DNA of 64,000 nucleotides from Bispira polyomma (Eukaryota), in the NCBI GenBank assembly GCA_965649765.1, contig OZ287752.1:55614001-55678000 (forward strand). Reading direction: 5' to 3'. This document shows positions 55,975 to 64,000 of this stretch, piece by piece. Numbering within the stretch: position 1 is the first letter of the stretch; each line of letters begins with the position of its first letter. Under the pieces are notes generated by a model. The model saw only the letters and a list, made by a program, of their open reading frames with translations. It made no database searches and had not been told where the DNA came from. A program made the position numbers and the translations under genes.

Positions 55975-58160
55975 TTATATATAACTGTCAAGGGTAAATA
56001 AGTCAATGGGGACGTCATACAAGATGAAGTTGCCCATAATAATATTTTTTACATAATCAGCATGATGCACTGATTCATACCACCGAGATAACGCATCTGC
56101 AATTATATTGTCTTTACGTGGAATATGACTGATATTTAAGTCAATATTTTTGGTAGTGCAGATTTGCCATATATTACGGAGGCATAGTTCGAGATAATCA
56201 TCTCTAGTTTTAGAAGACTGCACAACAGCCACCACAGCCATGTTGTCAGATTGTATCTTAAGTTTTTTGTTTTCCCATTCATGGCCCCATAGGTTTAAGG
56301 CTATTAAAACACTGACCATTTCAAAATGCACAATGGAAAAATTGTCAGTCATGAAGGAAGGGAGAGCAACCTTGAACACTTTGTCATCTGAAATGCCCCC
56401 TATGCCTGATAAGCAGGCGTCAACCTGTAATAAAATGTCATTATCTTGGTTTAAGTAACTGTACTTGCAAGTACCATTGAACTGCTTTAGAAAACACAGG
56501 AACCAATGTAAGTCTTTATGAAATTCACCGTTTAGAATGATAACTTTACGACTTGTAGACTGACGTAGCAAAGCAAGCATTCTGTTCATAAAAATCCTAG
56601 AAGGTTTGATACAGCGATGTATATACAGTAGCTTGCCGAGTAATGACTGGTACTTCTGTTTCCGAACTTTCCCCAGGTGTTTGAACTCCAAGCAAGTATT
56701 GTGAATTGAATTTAATTTTTCCTCATCTATACTGAGGGTTTCTTGTTGGATGTCTATAACAATCCCCATACATGTGACCCGCTTGCTGGGAGGTACTAAC
56801 TTATTGGGGTTAATGGGAAGACCTAAGTCTGTTAGTATCTGTTGTAAAGTTTCGTAGGCTAAGGTGGCCTTATCTGTTCTATGAGTAAAAAATCGTCTAT
56901 ATAATTCATAACTGTGAAACCTTTTTGTTTCATGATGTAAGTAACACAATCTGAGGTCATCATAAAAGCAGCAGTGCCATGAGTGAGACCAAAAGTCAGA
57001 CTTAAGTCAATAAAGCACTGCTCCTTCCATATATAACCCAGCTTCAAACAGTCATAAGGATCTATTCTTAGGTTCCTAAATGCGTGCGCAACGTCCACCT
57101 TTGCTAAGGTCGCCTTAGGTCCTATGTCCATAATTTTGTGAGTTATTTGGTCAATAGTGGGTAATTTCAAAGTGAAGTCGATTGTGTCGTACTTGGACTT
57201 AACAGTACAGTCATTTACAGAGTAGCCTGCTGGGTGAGAAAGATTCAATATAAGACGGCGCTTGTCAGTGTCCTTAGGCACAGTCAAAAGTGGAGAGCAG
57301 TGTATATCAGGATGAAGGTCAGAATTAGATGAACTCACTAGAGTACCTCGTTCAAGTTCTGTGACAAAATATCTGTCTACAGCTTCTGGAAAAGTTTTTG
57401 CTGAGTAATGGTTCTTAACATTTTTGACTGTCAGTCTATCTCTATCATACAATGAAATGGCAAAACCAAATTCAATATATTGTAATATGATGTTGTCAGG
57501 ATAATAGGTCAGGTATTTCTTCCAATTTTCAACTTTGAGGGTACTCTTAAGTGGTATCCTGCCTTGTTTATAGTTGGGAAATCCAGAGTTCTTAACAATG
57601 TCTGCAATCTCAATGAGTTTGTCATAAGAAGTTATAAGAACTGGTTGTCTGTCTGGACCCACAAATTTAAAACTGTTCTGTCTGTGTGCTATGAAGCCAC
57701 AAGCTCTGTCTCTAGAAATAAGAAAGGATTCATGTGTGACAATGTCCACATTAGTATCTGATCATTGAGGTGGTAAGATGTCATTAATCATGACGTCTTC
57801 ATTATGTACAAATGTAGGTTTTTGAATAATGAAATCTTCATTGTGTACTAATATAGGTTTTTGTATCATAGAAGTTTCATTATGCCCTAATGTAGGTTTC
57901 TGAATCACAGAAGTATCATGGTGCACCAATATAGGTTTTTGAATCCTAGAAGTTTCATTATGCACTAATTTAGATTTTTGACTCATAACCTTGTCATTAT
58001 GTACTAGTGCATTACCTTGATCAAATTGATGCTCAAGGGGTAAGGGAGCTTGATGGTTACAATCTGAATTGCTCTGGTGTTGAAAAGTTGATTCGCAAAT
58101 CTTGTCAATGATATCTGTATAATAGAAAGTTTGTCCAATTTTTGTGTGTGTATGTGCCAC
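55975..58160 (-). pseudogene. E3 pol (RT/RNase H), frameshifted
   Basis: HCSPLLTVPK; KRRLILNLS; KVDVAHAFRN; NYIDDF; QVDACLSGIGG; SDNMAVV; NIIADALSR. Confidence 0.95.
57790..58010 (-). repeat. 39-bp coding minisatellite (13-aa unit LVHNETS.IQKP.) in E3
   Basis: About 6 units visible in ORF 57762-58160. Confidence 0.85.
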
Positions 58161-58305
58161 ATTAAGTTTTTCTACGGTTTTTTGACTGATTTGGTTGAGT
58201 GTGATTGAGTGTCATGGCACAAGTGGTGTTCACATAGGATAATGGCCATATGTGATCCAGAATGTAGGGGGTTTGTTGTAAGTACCACATATTTAAACCA
58301 TAAGT

Positions 58306-59747
58306 TCATTTGTATACACCTGAAATACATGACTCATCATGACAAACGATATAGCAATAAGTCTTAAAATTACTGGTGCTAACATAAACGTCTACTGTAT
58401 GAAAGACAGCTGATGGTTTTTGACCATAATTATCACACTGATCAGAGTTCATAACGTTCAATTTAACAGGCAAGTCTTGCAAACATAAGTCATTAAAGGA
58501 AACACTGGCAGGTAATGCTTGGGATGTCTTACTGGCATCACTATAACTCAATGGAATAATTGACTCATTGAGTGGACAACTAAAATTATTTATGAAATCA
58601 CACTGAAAACTGTTTTTATTTTTACAAATTGCCTTATTAGAACCACTGGTTAAACCACAACTTCCTGGCAGCACACAATGGTTAATAACGACATCAGACT
58701 TGAAGCATTTCGACTCGGGATGTGGGTTCATCCTCTTGTTCAGCCGGAAACAGTTGGCACAGGTATGTTGAAATGTAATGTTATTGCCCTCGTGATCTTT
58801 CTGGTGTTGGCAATCATTTTTTTGGTAACGCCTGCAAGGCATTTCATTTTTGTTTGAAGATGAAGCAGACAACGAACTGGTCGAAGGTGTGGTGGTACTG
58901 GATATGAGGGCTTGAGAGTAAGAAAGCCGATTCATGTTCCATTTTGTGTCATTGGTCCAACTCAAACGACCCTCTTCAATATCATGCATATTACTGGCAT
59001 ATGCTCCACGAGCAACCTCCCAGGAGATGTTGGAGGCATCTTTGAGGGTGTCTGCTAGTTGGGAGAGCATGGCTCGTGAAATATCAAGGTTCTTAACCTC
59101 AAGAAAATTTTGGATCTGGCCAGCAGCGAACTGGGAGACTGACAATTCATCAAAAGAGACACGCTTTTTGCTAACACCAGATAAGCAGGCCTCGTTCGGC
59201 CACCGCTTCATGGGGTCAGATACACATAACTCAGAGGTATTATAGCGCCCAGATTTTCGCTTGGTAGTGAGCTTACCTTGAATGCTCTCATTCCCAGGCT
59301 TCATATCTTGCTAGTCGTTGGGAGACCTCATTCTGTATGAGAGACGACTGCTTCAGAACTTCGGGAGTCGGGAGAATGGTATCGCGTATGGAAAACGAGT
59401 TGAGTGGCTTCGTGGTCATATCGGCTCTGTGAACTAGCGAGGTGACGTGAGGGAGAATCTGTGGCGAGAGGAGGTGTTGCGAATGTCTTCCTGTAGCTTG
59501 GAGACTGTAGATAACAGGGTTTCCATCATATTCTGCTATGGGGAGTATGCCTCACGATAGAATTTTTCACTGCTAACTTGGCCACTTACAGCAGAAATAC
59601 TGCTTTGATCATCACTGTTAAAGCTAGGCTCATCATCTCTTGTGTCTGTGGTTCGTTTGCAGCGATTTCCTACTGGTCATGTGTGAAAGATTTCACATCT
59701 AGTACATGAAGCTGTTTCAATAAAGTTTTTTTTTTACCTCTACCCAT
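58306..59747 (-). pseudogene. E3 gag-like ORF (disrupted 5' part)
   Basis: MGRGKK, frameshift, CTRCEIFHT*PVGNRC; FDELSVSQFAAG; SWEVARGAY; PCRRYQKNDC...H...HTCANC...HPESKC. Confidence 0.85.
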
Positions 59748-59901
59748 TTTTAAGTAATATCCACACAAATTAACTTAAAAAATGCACAATATTATCTATC
59801 CTCTGTGTGAAACTTGTTGTAATTTTGTAAAATTATAAACACTTAAGCAGGCAATTGAATTTTTAGTGACAATGTATAAAAATTTCCAATATGGCCGCTA
59901 T

Positions 59902-60338
59902 ATCCTTAGATATTTTACAAATATGTACAAGGGAGGAGGGTTGGGAGATTTTTGATGTTGTTAGTTTGATTTCTGACTTAATAATGAGCTTATCCTAGAA
60001 AGGGCGCCAAAGTGCTGGGGAGAGTAAGAAGGATTTGTCTTCTGACTTATCAGTGAGAGTATAAGAAAGGCGGGAAATGCCGAGGAGAGTGGAGGCTGTG
60101 TTATCTGAATGCACCGCCAAAGCGCTGGGGACAGTAAGAAGGATTTGTCTTCTGACTTATCAGTGAGAGTATAAGAAAGGCGGGAAATGCCGAGGAGAGT
60201 GGAGGGAGTGTTATCTGAATGCAGCGTTGGGGTGAGGAGTGACTGTGATATGCAAGTAGTTTGAAAATAGAAGTACAGTAAAGTATAGCATTTCCACGGC
60301 TGACTAGCCATGCTACTTCGTGGCCGTGACGAAGACAG
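59902..60338 (-). repeat. E3 repeat A1 with internal 110-bp tandem duplication
   Basis: gccaaag...gtaagaaggatttgtc at 60006 and 60116. Confidence 0.95.
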
Positions 60339-60388
60339 GCTAGGTTAGAACCCGGCACTTGAGGCACCTTATCGCTTAGCAGGTTCCA
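60336..60388 (-). other. tRNA/SINE-like segment with B-box-like motif; right half of the E2/E3 target (left half 48252-48296)
   Basis: Minus strand gtgccGGGTTCTAACCtagcCTG; rejoined empty site is tgattt-CAG-gctaggttagaaccc. Confidence 0.5.
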
Positions 60389-60696
60389 GGGGCCGTATTC
60401 ACTAACAAGTGAAATTCCATTCCTAACTTAGATTTCAAGTATTGTGGCCATTTTTTACTAACTTAGATTCAAGTGGTATTCACGAAAGAAAACTTACCTA
60501 CTTTAGAGAGAAAACTTACTTAGATTTCAAGTAAGCAGGTAAGGTACCTTAGATTTTTTTCCTAACTTGGATTCTAAGAAAAACGTAAGTAAGTAGAATT
60601 TTTCACTTGTTTGTGAATACCACTTCCAAGGAAATCTTTAAAAAAATTTACTTACTTTGGAAAGTAAGTGAAAAAATATTTCACTTGTTGCCCCTT
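60387..60696. mobile_element. Palindromic MITE (Harbinger-like terminus)
   Basis: caggggccgtattcactaacaagtgaaa versus internal tttcacttgtttgtgaatac and terminal tttcacttgttgcccc. Confidence 0.7.
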
Positions 60697-61493
60697 GTCT
60701 CCCTTTCTAGAGCTCCTAAGCCTCCCAGTAGCCACACAAGGGGTAGTTTATGAGGAGGGATCTGGCCCCACACAGTTCCAAGTTAGGACCGGCTATGTGG
60801 CCAACAAGAAGAGCTGTATATGCACGATTTAGAATAACGTCTAGACTTAGGCCTTTGCTGAAGAGTGCCAATGTAGAATTAATTAATATGTTCATTTTCC
60901 ATAATATAAAACATGGTTAATGAAAACATTTTATAATCACCTTAATTTTCCTTCGGTCAGATATAGAAAAATGTTTAAAAAATAACATCCCAACATAACA
61001 TAACCGAGTTTGTAACCTTGGGCAAAGTTTGTAAATATTGGTCCTAGCTTGTATGGGTCAAGTTTGCAGGTAAGCCGAATTGACGCTAAATCATAAAAAA
61101 TGTACACCGCAAAAAAATTGTTTTCCGACAATGTGCATCATATCAAGTTATAACTATCTTTTAAATTCAATTGGATGCCATTAGTATTGAATTTATCTGC
61201 ATTTTCATTTATTTTAGTTTACTTAGCTAACTCTTGTTATTATATAAATGCAAGTAGTAGCTATTAAAGGTAGTAACAGAAAGGTGGCTCCGTATTATTA
61301 ATGTTGACCACCATAGCTTGAAGTAAAGTATACAATTATTGTTAATTACCACAAATATGTCAAACACAATTTCGGAAAAATTAATTATTTGTAACATCGT
61401 GTGACATATACTGATAAGCATTGCTAGATATATATTATACATTTTGTTAAATTATGCCTGATCAATAGATTTTAAAAGAGTTAAATCACGAAC

Positions 61494-61854
61494 CTGACAC
61501 ACTAATGTCTCCACTGTAATAATCAACACCGTTATGGGAGCAGGACCATAAACCACTGTCCCTACTTGGGTCTGCATCTGGTATAATGATGGTGTAGTTA
61601 TCGCCAGAACATGCTACTGCTTCGATATATTCTTCACCTGGAGTACAGTCAAAAGCAACATTGGACCCTCTAGAATTTGTCCAAAATGTGTAGCCTTCAG
61701 TCGTTGGCCTGGTTCTATTACAGTGCAGAGTCATTGTCACAATTCCTTCTGTACTGATTACTTGATCAACAGTTATATAGCTCTGTGTAATACTACTATG
61801 GCCAGTCAGGACAACATTCCCACATGGAGGAACAAATAGTATTTAAACCCACAT
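61494..61854 (-). pseudogene. Gene 2 exon 1: signal peptide plus V-like Ig domain
   Basis: MWV*ILFV...VVLTG then MTLHC...YTFWT...YTIIIPDADPSRDSGLWSCSH...ISVS G|gt (phase 1); TAA at 61843-61845. Confidence 0.7.
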
Positions 61855-61864
61855 TAGTGATTAT

Positions 61865-62000
61865 GAGCAGTATGAGACTTTGACGGCCGACTTGGAGGAC
61901 AATACAGCTTTGTAAGAATTCATTCAGATCGACTCAGCTATCTTAAAAATCTTAACAGCATCTTGGGCCTTGGATCAAGAGAATAAGCACCTTTTTCAGG
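61865..62000 (+). mobile_element. Short Harbinger transposase N-terminal fragment
   Basis: QYETLTADLED...FIQIDSAI...QHLGPWIKRISTFFR parallels NFMRMPPEMFQ...VGPRI at ~62660. Confidence 0.45.
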
Positions 62001-62511
62001 TCCATCAAACTAGCTTACTGACCGGCCATCATATTATTAATACCGTGGTCACACTAAACACGTTCGTGTTACGTTTAAATTTTTGTAAATGTAAGAAAAC
62101 AGAAATAAACGAAGTGAAAATTCAGGAAAATTTTGCAATGTGAATGGGTCATTAGGGCAATATTACAAAACAAAGAAAAATTCCAACAAAATAAAAATGT
62201 TCAAACTAAGGAGCTGAAAATGTAATTTTAAGATCAAAAGCTTTTTGGGTGAAAAAAGGTGAATAACAAATATTTCCCAAATAAAAAAAAGGAGGAAGCA
62301 ATAACAAAAAAAAAGAAGAAATAAATGAAAAGAGAATCACTATATAAAGGGTTTCTGATTGCAAATCCAGACAGTTTAATTTTAAAAGTTAACCAGATAA
62401 CATAATTCCAGAAAGATTAATACAGATTGCCAGAAATCTACAAGTTTTAATTAGCTCTTTACAAGTACAAGTCACAGCTTTTTAGATATACAAGAAAGAA
62501 TAAGACTTTGA

Positions 62512-63470
62512 CATGCTTGCAATGCACAGAATGCACATAATGTACAGCGTCAGGTGCCCAGGAGGGCTAGAATGCGACAAAGATTCTGGAGAGGACCGTA
62601 GTTTGAGGCCAGGGAGCAGCAGGGGCACGGCACTTAATCCTAGCTTGGAGTTGCAGGATAGAAAGAACTTTATGAGGATGCCACCAGAAATGTTTCAACA
62701 AATCAAGATGCAGGTGGGGCCTAGGATCTAGAATAACACTACATGGTTACGGAAAACACTGTTGCCTGGCCTAAAATTGACGATTACCTTAAGACGCTTG
62801 GCCACTGGGGGGAGCTACCCTTCACTGCAACACACCTTCACCGTTGGGAAATCTACTATAACCAAGTTCATTACCGTGGTTTGCAAGGCTATGATCAATG
62901 AATATAAAGAGTTCCTACAATACCCCCGAGGAATCGAAGAAGCTTGAATCTGTATTCCTCAACTTATGGAACGTCCCCAATGCTGTGGGAGCACTAGGTG
63001 CAAAACACATAGCACTTCGGTGTCAGAGGAAGAGGGGGGGGGGACACCGAATACTACAACTACAAGGGATTCCATTCAATGATCATGTGGCCGACCTCAA
63101 GTATCCTGTTCTGATTGCCAGATTTTTTATCAGTATAAACTCAAAAACAAGATAGACGACGACTCAATCAACTTCCCCGCTCCTGAAACAATCATCTTTG
63201 TGCGGCCCCAGTACAATATTACATCCTATATGACTCATTTGCTTTGACCACTTGGCTTATGAAGCCCTTCTCAAGACGAGGGATAGACCACAGTGAGAGA
63301 ATACTAAAGTACCACATAAGGGGGAGAAGAGTTGGGGAAAATACATTTGGAATATTAGTTCACAGATTACGAGTACTGTGACAATGCAGCAAGAACCAGA
63401 TGTGGTATTGACCGCTGCTATAGCATGCGTGTACTACATAACATGCTCAGAACTGAAACAATCAGACAAG
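62512..63470 (+). mobile_element. PIF/Harbinger (HARBI1-like) transposase pseudogene
   Basis: NFMRMPPEMF; GLKLTITLRRLATGGSYPSLQHTF; WNVPNAVGALGAKHI; YYNYKGFHS; LMKPFS; RRVGENTFGIL; frameshifts. Confidence 0.9.
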
Positions 63471-63792
63471 GAACATGACAAGAAGCATACCCCCCCCCCC
63501 CCCCCTGCAACCATAACTAACTCAGCTACACACAATCTTAGAAATACTTGGCTCCTATTTCAACGAATAAATATATCATTTAAAAAAGAAATCCCAAAAG
63601 ATAAAATAAGCCTAAACATTTTTAGCATACAGTAGACATCCCTTTAAGTCTAACATGCACCATCTCCACTTGAGTGTAATGATAACAAACAATTTAGTAT
63701 AATGAGTACAAAAAAAACTCAGTAAGTTGAAACTTACTGTCGTACAATGGTAGTCTATTTTGTGGGATTTGTTGTGGTTGCTTCGAAAAAAC

Positions 63793-64000
63793 TGTGGCAC
63801 GAGCATCGGTGGACCCATCTGGTATGCCGCCTGCTTTTGCGTAGTCTCAGTCTTGTGCTCAGTGCTGTCTGATGATGTGTGGCTTAAAAAGTCTAAGATC
63901 CCCTTAACCTATCTGCTGCTGTGGCACGAACATCGGTGGACCTATCTGGTATGCCGCCTGCTTTTGCGTAGTCTCAGTCTTGTGCTCAGTGCTGTCTGAT
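63793..64000. repeat. 127-bp tandem repeat running off the window end
   Basis: tgtggcacga.catcggtggacc.atctgg at 63793 and 63920. Confidence 0.9.

Larger units (their letters stand above)
53898..60338 (-). mobile_element. Full-length Ngaro-like YR retrotransposon E3 with split direct repeats A1-ORFs-B1-A2-spacer-B2
   Basis: A1 59902-60338, B1 54791-54982, A2 54468-54794, B2 53898-54089; gag, RT, RNase H and YR; no methyltransferase domain; several stops and frameshifts. Confidence 0.95.
47296..61854 (-). pseudogene. Type I membrane IgSF gene (SP-Ig-Ig-TM), disrupted; 13.4-kb first intron filled with elements
   Basis: Exons 61494-61854, 47800-48088, 47296-47438; TAA at codon 4; phase mismatch at the end of exon 2. 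Confidence 0.65.

Noticed and set aside
48294-60338. Prophage or bacterial contamination suggested by phage-integrase-like ORFs
   Set aside because: The gag-RT-RNaseH-YR order and split direct repeats identify eukaryotic DIRS-order retrotransposons inside an intron.

Overview
AT-rich, intron-containing animal genomic DNA, probably a marine invertebrate; the taxon cannot be fixed from sequence alone. I found no confidently intact protein-coding gene. Main contents: (1) two disrupted minus-strand immunoglobulin-superfamily genes, Ig-Ig-Ig-FN3-FN3... (64-6224) and SP-Ig-Ig-TM (47296-61854); (2) two tandem intronless Ran pseudogenes; (3) an ~18 kb array of a ~350-bp satellite whose core is a near-perfect 2402-bp higher-order repeat carrying seven BTF3/NAC-beta retro-pseudogenes; (4) five tyrosine-recombinase (YR, Ngaro/DIRS-like) retrotransposon copies or remnants; (5) LINE, SINE, MITE and Harbinger fragments. 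Two observations on the YR elements stand out. First, two different families sit head-to-tail at one CAG core beside a tRNA-type B-box, suggesting site-specific tandem accretion. Second, both have a phase-1 splice donor in gag and a phase-1 acceptor just before a YR ORF that has no start ATG at its 5' end, predicting a spliced Gag(N)-YR fusion integrase. All alignments and translations were done by eye.
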